A stretch of DNA of 64,000 bases, from positions 1 through 64,000 of the IMG/VR virus record IMGVR_UViG_3300044987_001050. One strand, written 5' to 3'. The notes below the pieces were generated by a model. It ran no database searches and was not told where the DNA came from. It saw only the letters and a list, made by a program, of their open reading frames with translations. Of the stretch, positions 9,643 to 20,829 are shown one piece after another. A program made the position numbers and the translations under genes. Origin of the DNA: a virus. Positions within the stretch are counted from its first letter, which is position 1; every line of letters starts with the position of its first letter.

Positions 9643-10137
9643 ATGGGAGCACCAGAAACACAAGAAGAAGTGCGTAGCACTAAAATCACGGTCAAAGCGG
9701 AAACTGATATTCCTGCCGTATGGCCGCGTTTCGTCGTCCGTAAGAAGACGACTGTCGGCATTCGCGCAAGCAAAGGCGTCGAAGAGTTCAAGGTGTCTTG
9801 GCAAGACGCAACCCTCGTGTCGGATCCTGCTGTGGATCTCATCATCGTTCAGCCTAACGGAACCGAGTATCCATGCAAGAAGGACATCTTCTTCTCGACG
9901 TATACTCCCGTGCCGGCCATCAGCAATGAGGATTTGATCGCAGGCTACAAGTTCGTGAAGAGCGCGACCACGACGATCGTTCCGATTCCGCAACGATTCG
10001 ATGTCACTATCCAAACGCTCGAAGGAGTGCTTCCGGTTGTGACCTATCCTGACTACATCGCTATCGGCGCGGTCGGCGAACTCTACGCCAACACGAAGCA
10101 ATTCGTTGATGACAACCTCGAGTTCGTCAATCAATAA
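9643..10137 (+). CDS. PGDYG-like protein
   Basis: Two similar units: DLII..PNGTEYPCKKDIF..TY and TLEG...DYIAIGAVGELY. Confidence 0.5.
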   Translation: MGAPETQEEVRSTKITVKAETDIPAVWPRFVVRKKTTVGIRASKGVEEFKVSWQDATLVSDPAVDLIIVQPNGTEYPCKKDIFFSTYTPVPAISNEDLIAGYKFVKSATTTIVPIPQRFDVTIQTLEGVLPVVTYPDYIAIGAVGELYANTKQFVDDNLEFVNQ

Positions 10138-10867
10138 CATAAGCGATGTCTAGCCGTAAAGAACATATCCTGATCTGTGATTTATGCGACAAGCAAAAGA
10201 CAGACAACGGTGCAACTTATTACGGCGGGCATCCATTCTCCGGCTGGTTTCACGTAACTATTCACGGAGGATCGACACGATTAGAGGAACTGCAGAAGAA
10301 ACGCGAGTTTGACTTCTGCAGTTCCGATTGTGTCCTAACATATTTCAAACAAGATGAACGCTGACCAACTACAGGAATTCAAAGATAAGTTTGATCATAT
10401 GCTCGCGGAGACAACTGATGAGGAACTCTTCGAGTTCTTCGAGAAAAGTCGGCTTGAGCGTCTTTCCAGAATACGCGTGCCCCAAGGTTACCGCCTTTTG
10501 AAGGACGGTGAAATCACGCAAGTCGGTGATCTATACAACTCAGGAGATGGGTACTGGATTCTTTATGATGACGGCCCTTATGAGTGGACTGATACTGAGG
10601 ACTACCTAATGATTCGACTGCTATGACAACAATTGAAAAGATTCAGAGGGTTGCCACATTGCGCGGCAACAAGTATATGTCGCCTGAGATGATAGCGGAA
10701 GACTCTCGCTTGCTCGATGAACTCGAGAGGGATGGCAGTGTTGTCGATGTAGGAAGGTTTGCGCGTTCGACATTCGTATGTGGCTTTGACTTCCCGGAGG
10801 ACTGTCGCGAAGAATACGAACGCGTGTATCACGAGGCATGGGTCAAACAAATGAGAGGAGCACTGAC

Positions 10868-11278
10868 ATGAAGAAACAATTCCCATTTGATGCCCGCGTC
10901 TTCGATCATGGGACAGGCATCTTTCTGCAGCCTGAGATCAACGGGAACCCGTTTGAGATTTGGCAGGACGGCACTGCATACGTCCTGCGGCTAAATCACC
11001 CCGACTTTCATGTATGCCACTACGCAGGCGTTGATAAGAGAGGCACAAAGGTTTATGAAGGCGACATCGTCGAGTGCAAGTCAACTCTTGATCAGCGGAC
11101 AGTCTCATCTCGCAATAAAATCATGCGTGATCCGGTCACAGGCGAGTTCTATGTGCATGACCGCGCACCATTTCCATGCCGTGTTGATATGAATGCAGTA
11201 GCTAGCTTCTATACCTGTGTCGGCAACTCCTACGAGAAGACAGGCCCACAAGAACCGATATTCGAAAAAGATCAATAG
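10868..11278 (+). CDS. YopX-family protein
   Basis: YAGVDKRGTKVYEGDIV and VGNSYE motifs. Confidence 0.7.
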   Translation: MKKQFPFDARVFDHGTGIFLQPEINGNPFEIWQDGTAYVLRLNHPDFHVCHYAGVDKRGTKVYEGDIVECKSTLDQRTVSSRNKIMRDPVTGEFYVHDRAPFPCRVDMNAVASFYTCVGNSYEKTGPQEPIFEKDQ

Positions 11279-11564
11279 ATACTACTATGAAGATAACATG
11301 TGAATGCCTCGTCACGAGGAACAAAGAAAGTGGATTACTCGAGCCTCTCACGCTTGAGTTCCCGGATGATCGCGTTGAGGAAATGCGACTTATCTCCCGT
11401 GCAGGTTGGGAGTCTGGCCGTCGCTTTAAGCTAGGGCTTGCATCGATGGAAAAGGACATGGGTATTTCGACAAAGGATCCTCTTGCATCGGCCGGAGAGC
11501 GAACCGCGGCCGCTATTGTCCGTCGTGATTTCAAGCAGGAATTCATGGGAAAACCGACGGAGTC

Positions 11565-11660
11565 GTAACTGATTGATTCTCAATAAACACCAGAAAAATG
11601 CACAAATTTCACGATTTGTGCATTTTTCTTGTTTACAAGCCCTGAATAGTTTGTTAGAAT
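11565..11660 (+). promoter_or_regulatory. Early-promoter/stem-loop cassette (PeSL-like), copy 1
   Basis: Perfect 16-bp inverted repeat AGAAAAATGCACAAAT/ATTTGTGCATTTTTCT (11592-11629) abuts TTTACA (11632) -N17- TAGAAT (11655). Related copy at 31831. Confidence 0.8.
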
Positions 11661-11672
11661 TTGCTGTACCCG

Positions 11673-11996
11673 ATGAAAATCACCACCACCACCGCCCTTG
11701 TCCGAGGCCGCACCGAAAAGAAATTTTTCCTCAACGGAATTCTGATCGCCGAACATCAGGTCGGGACTGAACTTTACTGCAAGATCACAAAGGGCACGCG
11801 CTCGAACCTTCGGACCGAACCGAAGAAAACGCACTACTTCCGCTGGGCCCATTCGACCCTCCGCGAAATCCTCGGCGACAAGTACAAGTCCGAAGACTTC
11901 CGGGTTTCATATCCCGACCTCAGCTGGGGCTACACGGGCGGGTATCATACCGCCAAGTCGGTCAAAGAACTTTTCACCGCAATCTTTTCTCGGTAA
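11673..11996 (+). CDS. Hypothetical early protein
   Basis: First ORF after the promoter cassette. Confidence 0.6.
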   Translation: MKITTTTALVRGRTEKKFFLNGILIAEHQVGTELYCKITKGTRSNLRTEPKKTHYFRWAHSTLREILGDKYKSEDFRVSYPDLSWGYTGGYHTAKSVKELFTAIFSR

Positions 11997-12008
11997 CATG
12001 GTGTACAA

Positions 12009-12054
12009 GAGGCGGTCTCCGACCAATGATTTCTGAGATCACGGAGACCGCCTC
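12009..12054 (+). other. Intergenic GC-rich hairpin (terminator or processing site)
   Basis: 13-bp perfect inverted repeat GAGGCGGTCTCCG/CGGAGACCGCCTC with a weak U tail. Confidence 0.55.
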
Positions 12055-12314
12055 ATTCCTTTCCTACAATGAAAACGTTAACTTACACTCGCCTTCCTTC
12101 GGAGTTCGACTCCTGTCCGTACCAAGTCGTCAAAGAATTTAACGGCGGGTGTCAGACAGTCGCAGGCTTCTCCGGTTCGATTGAAGGTGATGCACATTGC
12201 ATGGCCCTCAACGCGGCAAACACCGACCCCAGTTTTTACTATGCACTTGAAATGGGCGGCGACGGCCCTTGGGACGGTTTCACCGACGAAGACTAACAAG
12301 TATCATCCTACATT

Positions 12315-13247
12315 ATGAGCACTCACGCAAAACTGATGAAGACGCTGAAGCGCAAGCCTTCCGTTCACAATCCTGTGAACTTCGAGCCGAGTGATTACAA
12401 GATCATCGGCTACTTCGACAATGTCCCGCCGCAAGCAAGCCCGATGATTGACTGGGCCGATCCTGATTCGGCTCACTACTTTCGTCAGATGCGCATGAAT
12501 TGGGAATCCGACTTCAAGGCGCTCTTCCCGAACGGAAATGCTTACAAGTGCCAACACTGCGGACAAGGCAATGTCCGGTATGTTGTTGCCGCGATTCACG
12601 AGAAGACGGGCGAGCATGTTTGTTTCGGCGACATCTGCTGTGAGCGCCTCAACTTCGAGGACCACAACGCATTCGCGGCCGCGCAAATCCGGTCGAAAGC
12701 GCAAGCTGCTCTGAAACGGCACAAGCTTGAGCAAGACCAAGCAGACTTCCTCAAGGCGAATCAATCATTCGCTGAAGCGCTCAAAGAGGCCCGGTCGAAT
12801 CCCGATGCCCATTCCCGCAATCACTTTGCTTCGGACATCGCGCACAAGTTCCTGACTTACGGGTCCCTCTCCGAAAAGCAGGTTGCCGCATTCATTTCCT
12901 CTATCGCGCGCGACCTCAAGTACATTGCTGACAAAGCGGCTGACGCTGCTGCGGCTCCTACACTTCCTCCGTTCGTCGAAGGCAACAAGATTTCCATGAC
13001 CGGCGAGATCCTCAGCATCAAGACCCAATACGGCGCTTATGGACCCTGCGTGAAGATGCTGGTCAAGTTGCTTGACGGCAACAAGGTTTGGGGTTCCCTG
13101 CCTTCCGGCTTAGGCGATGCAGCTGTGGGCGACAAGGTCACCTTCACGGCAACGGTCACCAAGTCCGACACCGACGAACACTTCGGATTCTTCAAGCGCC
13201 CAACCAAAGCGGGCATCGAGCAGAAGAAGGAACAACTCATCTCATGA
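12315..13247 (+). CDS. Hypothetical protein with Zn-binding Cys pairs and C-terminal OB-like fold
   Basis: CQHCG...GDIC; C-terminal GEILSIK...GDKVTFTATV...FFKRP. Confidence 0.55.
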   Translation: MSTHAKLMKTLKRKPSVHNPVNFEPSDYKIIGYFDNVPPQASPMIDWADPDSAHYFRQMRMNWESDFKALFPNGNAYKCQHCGQGNVRYVVAAIHEKTGEHVCFGDICCERLNFEDHNAFAAAQIRSKAQAALKRHKLEQDQADFLKANQSFAEALKEARSNPDAHSRNHFASDIAHKFLTYGSLSEKQVAAFISSIARDLKYIADKAADAAAAPTLPPFVEGNKISMTGEILSIKTQYGAYGPCVKMLVKLLDGNKVWGSLPSGLGDAAVGDKVTFTATVTKSDTDEHFGFFKRPTKAGIEQKKEQLIS

Positions 13248-13404
13248 AAACATCGTACCCTAACGTCACTGAAATGACCGAGGACGAATTGCTCGATGAA
13301 CTCATCGACCTCATCCGGTCATCGAAGGTCCACAACTTCTACGACCGGAAACGCTTCCGGGTCGTCGCTTCTCAACTCAAGAAACTCGGATTCAAACTAA
13401 CTCC

Positions 13405-13692
13405 ATGAAAGACGCCATTGAAAAATTCCTCGTCGCCTTGAACGCCAAGTTCCCGAAGGGAGACAAACCGTACTCCGAAGGGTTCATGCTTGTGCCTGGC
13501 CGCAAGTACACCAAGGTATGCTGCGAACGAACTGGCACGCCGTGTTCTGCATACGCCTTCATTGATAACACCACAGGCGATCTATTCAAGCCTGCTGGAT
13601 TCAACGCTCCGGCCAAGCATGCACGAGGCAACATCAATGATGAGTCTGGGCTTGGGGCCTGCGGACAATTCGGCGTTGCTTACCGCCGCTAA
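13405..13692 (+). CDS. Conserved T4-like phage hypothetical protein
   Basis: GRKYTKV...AFID..TGDLFKPAGFNAPAKHARGNI signature. Confidence 0.65.
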   Translation: MKDAIEKFLVALNAKFPKGDKPYSEGFMLVPGRKYTKVCCERTGTPCSAYAFIDNTTGDLFKPAGFNAPAKHARGNINDESGLGACGQFGVAYRR

Positions 13693-13701
13693 TAAATTGA
13701 A

Positions 13702-13730
13702 TTTACATTAGGCTATAAACAGTTTACAAT
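13702..13730 (+). promoter_or_regulatory. Early promoter (TTTACA-N17-TACAAT)
   Basis: 17-nt spacer; ATG at 13739. Confidence 0.7.
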
Positions 13731-13738
13731 CATTCGTA

Positions 13739-14060
13739 ATGAATAACTACATTGCTGCATACGCTATCCTGACGATACTTGCACTTTGGTGTGCGATCTA
13801 TCTATGTTTCTATCAACGGCAGGACGACAAAGTGGCCATTCATGCGCATCGCATTCATTTGTCTAGGCATGTCAATTGCGCCCTGCTTCATCGGCGGTAC
13901 CCAAATCGCGCACAAGCGTGATCAAGAATCCTATGCTGCTTGGGTGAAACACACCGAGAATCCCAACAAGCTTTCGCTCGACGAATGGAAAGCTCTCAAC
14001 CGAAACTACGTGCCACGCTCCAAACATGAGCGCCGCACGATGCAACCTGAAACCGACTGA
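13739..14060 (+). pseudogene. Frameshifted membrane-protein gene
   Basis: Removing one ATCT from ATCTATCTAT (13796-13805) joins MNNYIAAYAILTILALWCAIY to VSINGR...QPETD in one frame. Confidence 0.55.
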
Positions 14061-14062
14061 TC

Positions 14063-14269
14063 ATGAAAGTATCTCTATTTACACTGCTGTTAGCCTTACT
14101 ATGTTCATGTGAACCGAAGCGTCCAATCACAGCTGAGGATGAAGCACCTCCAAGATTTGAAATAAGAGAAGACACTAGCGCATACAGTCGCGCTGTCTTT
14201 ATCCTCCGTGATACTAAAACAAACACTGAATACCTATCGTTCGATGAAGCAATCATCAAACTTGACTAA
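14063..14269 (+). CDS. Small lipoprotein
   Basis: MKVSLFTLLLALLCSC lipobox. Confidence 0.65.
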   Translation: MKVSLFTLLLALLCSCEPKRPITAEDEAPPRFEIREDTSAYSRAVFILRDTKTNTEYLSFDEAIIKLD

Positions 14270-14301
14270 TCTCATATAACACCACACCACATAAACACAT
14301 A

Positions 14302-16164
14302 ATGAAATTGTTTGCACCACTGCTTGTGGACGGTTACAAGACCGGACACAAAGACCAATACCCCGCTAATGCTCGCGTCGTGTTCTCGAACATGACTCCG
14401 CGCGGATCCCGCACAGGACTTGCCTCTGTCATCTTCTTCGGCCTCCAATACTTCCTCAAGGAGTATGTGATCAAGAACTGGAACGACTCGTTCTTCTCCC
14501 AACCGATTGAGTCCGTCGTGAAACGATATGCTCGTCGCCTCAACGGTTACCTCGGCCCGAACGGCATCGGTGACCAACATATTCGCGACCTGCACAAGCT
14601 GGGATATCTCCCGCTTGAGTTCTGGGCATTGCCCGAGGGATCGAACGTACCGCTTCGTGTTCCGATGTATGTCGTGTTCAACACACGGCCTGACGTCATG
14701 CCTGACGCCGTCTTTGCTTGGATCACCAACTCCATCGAGACGATTGCTTCCACCACGATTTGGTTGCCTACTACTTCGGCTACTACTGCGCTCGCGTATC
14801 GCAAGTTGCTCAACCGTTGGGCTAACGACACGAATCCCGAGATGATCGACTTCGTGCCATGGCAAGGACACGACTTCAGTTTCCGCGGCCACACCTCTTG
14901 CGAATCTGCAATCACGTCTGCCGCAGGCCACTTGCTGTCCTTCACCGGCACCGACACGGTCCCAGTGATCGACTTCCTCGAGGAATACTACAACGCGGAT
15001 TCCGACAAGGAACTCGTGGGTGGTTCGGTTGCTGCAACGGAGCACAGCGTCATGTGCATGGGCATGGCTAACGCCAAGGACACCGTGATTCCTGCTCGTG
15101 CAGGCCATCCTCTTCAGGGCGCGCTTGATACATTCAAGGATAAAGCACCGAATCTTTATGATCTTGCTAGCCAAGTTGACGAGACCTTTGACGCTAGTAA
15201 GTCATATAGCTCAACTGACACTGATGGGCATCCGTGGGACTCGTGCTATTACTTCAACGTGTCTGATGGGAAGATCGTTTCTGTTGGAGAAAATACCCCA
15301 CGTGGTGGAGGCAGTTTTTGGACTGAAGGAATGCAATACGATACTCCTGAGCAGATCATCAAGTCTGAAGGCACCGACGAAGTTGAAACCTTCCGCCGCT
15401 TGATCGAAGACCTCTATCCTGCTGGGTTCGTCTCCATCGTGTCCGACACGTGGGACTTCTGGAATGTGGTCGACCCTGAGAACGGCATCTGCGTTCAACT
15501 CAAGGATAAGATCATGGCCCGTGAAGGCAAGGTTGTCATCCGTCCTGACTCCGGAGATCCGGTGAAGATCGTGTCGGGTTATATGCACGACGAGCTCGAT
15601 GTCGACATCCTCGGCAACTACTTCGACCGCGAAACGAAACGGCCGCTGACCGAGAATGAAGTCAAAGGCATGGTCGTCTGCTTGTATGAAATCTTCGGCG
15701 GTTCAGAAACCACGACGGGTTACATCCAACTCGATCCACACATCGGCGCTATCTATGGTGACTCGATCACGCTTGACCGCGCGCAGCAAATCTGTGAACG
15801 TCTCGCGAAGAAAGGGTTTGCCTCGACCAACGTCGTCTTCGGTATCGGTTCATACACCTATCAGTACGTCACACGCGACACCTACGGGTTCGCCGTGAAG
15901 TCCACCTACGGTGAAGTTGAAGATGAAGACGGAACTGTCCGCGGCATCGAGATCTTCAAGGATCCCAAGACCGACGACGGTTTGAAGAAATCTGCGAAGG
16001 GCCTCACCGCCGTCTTCGAGCAGGACGGAACCTTCGTAATGAAGGATCAAGCCACCTGGGATGAAGTCAAGAACTGCGCGTTCGTGAAGGTCTTCTCGAA
16101 TGGTAAGATCACGCGTGACTGGACTCTCGCTGAAGTCCGCGCCACCGTCGCGAAGAACCTGTAA
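14302..16164 (+). CDS. nadV: Nicotinamide phosphoribosyltransferase-like protein (Nampt/Namat)
   Basis: DGYKTGH..QYP, HDFSFRG, GTDT, ATEHSVM, SIVSDTWD, VIRPDSGDP, IYGDSIT, KDPKTD and KKSAKG motifs. Confidence 0.92.
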   Translation: MKLFAPLLVDGYKTGHKDQYPANARVVFSNMTPRGSRTGLASVIFFGLQYFLKEYVIKNWNDSFFSQPIESVVKRYARRLNGYLGPNGIGDQHIRDLHKLGYLPLEFWALPEGSNVPLRVPMYVVFNTRPDVMPDAVFAWITNSIETIASTTIWLPTTSATTALAYRKLLNRWANDTNPEMIDFVPWQGHDFSFRGHTSCESAITSAAGHLLSFTGTDTVPVIDFLEEYYNADSDKELVGGSVAATEHSVMCMGMANAKDTVIPARAGHPLQGALDTFKDKAPNLYDLASQVDETFDASKSYSSTDTDGHPWDSCYYFNVSDGKIVSVGENTPRGGGSFWTEGMQYDTPEQIIKSEGTDEVETFRRLIEDLYPAGFVSIVSDTWDFWNVVDPENGICVQLKDKIMAREGKVVIRPDSGDPVKIVSGYMHDELDVDILGNYFDRETKRPLTENEVKGMVVCLYEIFGGSETTTGYIQLDPHIGAIYGDSITLDRAQQICERLAKKGFASTNVVFGIGSYTYQYVTRDTYGFAVKSTYGEVEDEDGTVRGIEIFKDPKTDDGLKKSAKGLTAVFEQDGTFVMKDQATWDEVKNCAFVKVFSNGKITRDWTLAEVRATVAKNL

Positions 16165-16183
16165 GTATCGTTGCCAACAAATT

Positions 16184-16228
16184 GGAGAGGGCGCCAATCC
16201 CTTGTCGGGCGCCCTCTCCTTCTCCTTT
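16184..16228 (+). terminator. Probable intrinsic terminator after nadV
   Basis: 12-bp inverted repeat GGAGAGGGCGCC/GGCGCCCTCTCC followed by a pyrimidine tract. Confidence 0.6.
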
Positions 16229-16383
16229 ATGAAAAACAAAAACACCAACACTGTTTTAGGAATCGCAGCCGTTGCAACGGTCGCTTACTTTGTAGCCGAT
16301 TTCATTCGCACGAAGTATGACCGCATTTACCGCATCGCTGCAGGCGAATCCTTCTACGAGAAAACGCATCACAAGAAACACAA

Positions 16384-16701
16384 ATGAATCGAAAATCATA
16401 CGCTCACCTTGCTTCGGTATTTACCGTCATCGCAACACTTTTTCTGTTCGGCGCCTGCTCTAGCCGAGAAGATGGTTCGGCTAGCCCGACCGCGCTCGCC
16501 TCTCGTCAGCTGGTTGTTGAGAACTTCGGCAAGGAAGTATATGCACTCAACAGCAAAGGTACAGACTTCATTTCTCGCTGCCCTGATGGTTCTGTTTGGC
16601 ACGTCGTTGTCTGCTGGAGCTATAATGACAAGAAGCTTGAGGTATTTGCACGGACTCAAATCTTCCCCGAGACTGTGCCTATGCCAGCCGAAGAGCCATG
16701 A
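16384..16701 (+). CDS. Lipoprotein
   Basis: Signal peptide with LFGAC lipobox. Confidence 0.6.
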   Translation: MNRKSYAHLASVFTVIATLFLFGACSSREDGSASPTALASRQLVVENFGKEVYALNSKGTDFISRCPDGSVWHVVVCWSYNDKKLEVFARTQIFPETVPMPAEEP

Positions 16702-18799
16702 CACTCGACGTGACAACTTATCCTGACGAGCCGCATCCTGACAACGAGCGTGAATGGAAGAAGTGGTGGGTTGCCAAGATGTTTCGTCCGGATGAGCCAT
16801 TCTCCGATTGGGAATGGGTTCATCGCTGCTGGAGAGAAACCAAAGCAAGACTGCCCAAAGAACAAACACCATGAAGATCACGGCGACATTACATTCCTAC
16901 GCTTACGCCTCCGACCTCCATCAGTTCATTCCATTCTATAATCGGCAGGTCATACTCGAACGTAACAAGCATGGGAATCTGAATGTCACGCACATGACAA
17001 ATCCTTACGCACGAGACAAGACATACCTCTTCAAGTGGGACGCGCAGAACAAGTTGACATTCAACAAGAGAGGCGAATGCATTTGCTTTACCGAGCCTAA
17101 GCAAAGATTTAGTCAATGTCCATATCCGAAACTTTCTAACATCACGACCACATATAATGAAAACGCTACAGATTGAAATGTTCGACGACAACTTCCCGTT
17201 CCTCGCAACCCATGCTAAACGCGAGTATGAGGCAGCACAGAATCCAATTCCTGAGAGAGGCCGGAGAGTACTCAATGATGTTCTTAGCGTCATCAAGAAG
17301 AATGCGACCGCGGGTTACATCAGCGTGTATGCGCATCGGTATCACGCGAATTCAATCTCATACACTGCCAAGCCTATCAATTTCCGCGAGAGGTGGGCTG
17401 CCTATTGGAATGAGAGCGACTACGGTCCATCCGGCGTCCGCATTGAGCTGAATGATGCTGACATCACCTTCGTTGTTGACACTCTCGGAGATTGCGGTTA
17501 CAATGTATCTGAGGTTAAGGAGGTCGGTTTTACGATATCCTTCACCGTTTCATGGAACTCTTAATTATGATCAACCTCATTACACAAGCAGTCACGGCAG
17601 CGCTTCCTGAGAATAACATTACGTTCATTCGTGACGACGAGAAGTCAACACAATTCAATCCGGTCTTCCAGATCTGTGTTGATGAAAAGCCTGCCATTCT
17701 ATTCAACACCGCGATCATTAACAAGATCGAAAAACCTATAAGCGAGGTCGTAATGTCAATCATCAACGGCATCGTTGCCCAACTCGTTCAAAGAATTTCA
17801 CCACCTACACCATGATCAACACACTCACCAAAGTCCTGAAAGATTACTTTCGGCAGGACGGCGTCTTCCTAGAAGTTAACCATGACCGCGAGAAGAGCGA
17901 GCAACGGAATGGGATGTACTACACAATCACAAATCAGGACGAGTATGTCATGGACTTCGACTTGGTCGAGATGACTGATGACTATCGTGCTTCGACCATC
18001 AGCTATGATCAGATGTGCGCTGAGGTTCTCGAAGTGCTTATAGATATAATTGAAGCAAAACTCGAAGCATGAAATTTCCCGAGGGATTCTTTCAGTTAAC
18101 ATTTCCTGGCTACTTCTGGCATCCAGAATCGCATCAACTATTCTCGATTAAGTCGGGCGTGTTGAAGCCTCTTAAGTTGCAAAAGTGGCGACACGAATTT
18201 CGGTATGGTCATGGCCGCCTCGTGAAAGAGTTCAACTACTCAATCTCTCATCAAGGCAAGGCAATCACATTGCCGATAAAAGACTTGGTGAATAACATGC
18301 ACATATCTGACAAACAAGAAATCTTAATAGCGCCATGCCAGTAAGAATAGTTGATCCCACTCCAGATCCTAAGGTCGAGAAGCAGATAAGCTGCAAACAA
18401 TGCGGAGCGCGTCTCGCGTATGTCCCGCTTGATATTCTCAGGAGTACTTCACGTGACATCTCAGGGTGTTCCGAAACCATTAAATACATCGTGTGTCCTA
18501 ACTGTGGCTCGCACGTAACGATCTCATCATACTAATGCATAACATCATACCCGCCGTAATTGAAGCCTCTGTAGCCGAATGGGCTGAAGGCGACTTCGAC
18601 ATTCGCTTTGAACGTGAAGTTGATCCAATTGACTTTAGCGCTAGACACCGTCTGTATGTCGCAGGAGTTAAGACCGAGTCTTATATTCCAGGCGACATTG
18701 CCTATGATATTGATTACGGCATGAGAATGTCTGGCAAGCCGTTGTCAGGAGAAGAGCTCTACCACGAAGTCCACACGATCGTCAACAACGTAATCTGCA

Positions 18800-19291
18800 A
18801 TGAAGTCCATCCAGTCATTCCCGCCTAACAGATCTGACGTCTACTCATCACGTACTCGCGGCCACGTCTCTGTATTCCTCGCAGGCTCGATCGAGATGGG
18901 TCTCGCTGATGAGTGGCAACAGCGAGTAGTCGATGCATTTCCTGAAGACGTCACCTTTCTGAATCCTCGCCGCAAGGACTGGGACTCTTCGTGGGATGAC
19001 AATTCTCCTGAGCTCGACGAACAAATCAATTGGGAGCTCGAAAATCTCGCGGAAGCGGACATCATCTTCATGTATTTCGATCCTAACACAAAGGCACCTA
19101 TCACGCTGCTCGAACTCGGCATTCATCTCGAGAAGAGATCGAACCTTGTAGTGTGTTGTCCCGACGGCTATTGGAAGAAAGCCAATGTCAAGTCTACTAG
19201 CAAGCGGTATGCCTCTCCGGTCTTTAACACCTTCGAAGAAGCACTTAAGATGTTAGGCGAGTACATCGACTACAGAATCAGATTCCAATGA
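18800..19291 (+). CDS. Nucleoside 2-deoxyribosyltransferase-like protein
   Basis: VFLAGSIEMG, NPRR..WD, QINWE and PITLLELG motifs. Confidence 0.8.
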   Translation: MKSIQSFPPNRSDVYSSRTRGHVSVFLAGSIEMGLADEWQQRVVDAFPEDVTFLNPRRKDWDSSWDDNSPELDEQINWELENLAEADIIFMYFDPNTKAPITLLELGIHLEKRSNLVVCCPDGYWKKANVKSTSKRYASPVFNTFEEALKMLGEYIDYRIRFQ

Positions 19292-20514
19292 GTCTATTCA
19301 CGTCCAAATTTGAACGCGCCCGTCTTTGGGATTCGATCAGAGCTTACTTCAATCCCAGGCAGAAGTGGTTGACTGATCGAATTCCCAACACGTGGTGTGA
19401 CAAGACTGAGCTCATCCCGGATCTGTTATTCACGTGTCTCATCGACTTCGTTGAAAGCGAGAAGGGCACTGATCAGCTCAATGTGGATTGGAGTGATGAC
19501 TTAGCGGCTGGTTACATCACGCAAGAGTATGTGGATTCTATCAACACGATTTATAGCGAGATCCAATCAGCTTATGAATATGCTAAGAATGAACGGCCTC
19601 TGTTAATCAAAGCACATGAGGATTCTTATCCTGATGTTGTCATCGATGACAACGGTATCCGCACCTCACTTCCATACGAGGAAGCTTATCGCGAGAATAA
19701 CAGACTTGAAGCATTGCTCGAGAAGCGTGACTACGAAACAATGCACACAATCATCAAACACGTCGGAGTATTTTGGACATGAAACACACACTCGAACTAC
19801 ACTACTACATTCAGAACTGCGGAGACGGATCCGCGTCAGTAACATTTTGTGAATCGGAACAGCTAGCTGACTTCGATCAAGATGAAGACAACGGATGGGG
19901 AGAACCTTGCACGGGTTCAATCACATTCGAATCGGACTCGCCCATCACTGTCAAAGAAGACATCATGACTCATGCGAAGTATCTGCTTGAGCTGATTGAT
20001 GCCGAGAACGATGATAAGATCGTTAAGTTCATCGAAGAGTTCTATCCTGACGGGGCGCCTGGTTGGACTGTCGAGATTGATGACACTTACAAAGACAAGA
20101 CTTACTGCTGCAACAAGGTTTATGCTAACGGAGTTTTCGTTGATACGCTACTCCGCCGCAAGGAAGAATCTGGAGCAGTACTTCACGAATTCCTGAACAT
20201 TCCCGTACTATGATCAAGCCAGGATATATCTTCGGTGAGTACCTGCCGATCATGGTTGGTAAGACTGATGTCGGTAAGAGCAAGATCGGTGAGACTTACA
20301 TTAAGCCATCGACTTGGCTACCAACACCTCCTCACCCACGCGAAGCCTATTACGATAAACGCAAGCGCTGCCCGTGCTGTTATGGAACTTGGCTGAGCCA
20401 AACGCTCGTCGGCTATACATTTGATATGTCGAAGCCTGAAGAATTTGAAGACAGAAATGAAGCGAGATGCCAAGCATGCGGCTGGGTTGGTCTCGTTCAC
20501 GACATGACACCACT

Positions 20515-20829
20515 ATGAAAGATTCAGTTTTTGATAAGCTCGTCATCATGGACTGGTGCAAGCTCTGGTCTGAGATCAATACTATGGAAGCTTACTCAGC
20601 CGATTGTGATGACGCCCAAGGAATCATCACTGTTATATGCGCGCCCGACGGAGACGTTCATCTGATGATGGATGATCACGAGAGAATGGACTTTAAAGGA
20701 GACCCAGGATTCCGAGCAAGAACATATTTTGGAGGCGGCAACCAATAACGTGTCCGCCGAGCGCTTCTGCTTCTCGCGCTTGCAATGAAAGAAGACGCTG
20801 ACCCTAACATAAATGACACACCACCATGA
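20515..20829 (+). pseudogene. Gene interrupted by an in-frame TAA (20746-20748)
   Basis: The frame continues RVRRALLLLALAMKED...PP to a TGA at 20827 that overlaps the next gene's ATG (ATGA coupling). Confidence 0.55.

Noticed and set aside
12095-12120. tRNA T-loop-like GGAGTTCGACTCC
   Set aside because: It lies inside a coding ORF and has no cloverleaf; no tRNA genes were recognised in the window.
14272-15174. 300-aa minus-strand ORF and other long antisense ORFs in the track
   Set aside because: Shadows of + strand genes with biased codon usage; no motifs or promoters.
15070-15372. Intein or intron in nadV
   Set aside because: No intein termini (C/S...HN) and no endonuclease motifs; the frame is open and no group I core was recognised.
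16698-16874. Apparent intergenic gap as an ncRNA
   Set aside because: It holds a 58-aa Trp-rich ORF, ATGA-coupled at both ends, below the ORF-track cutoff.
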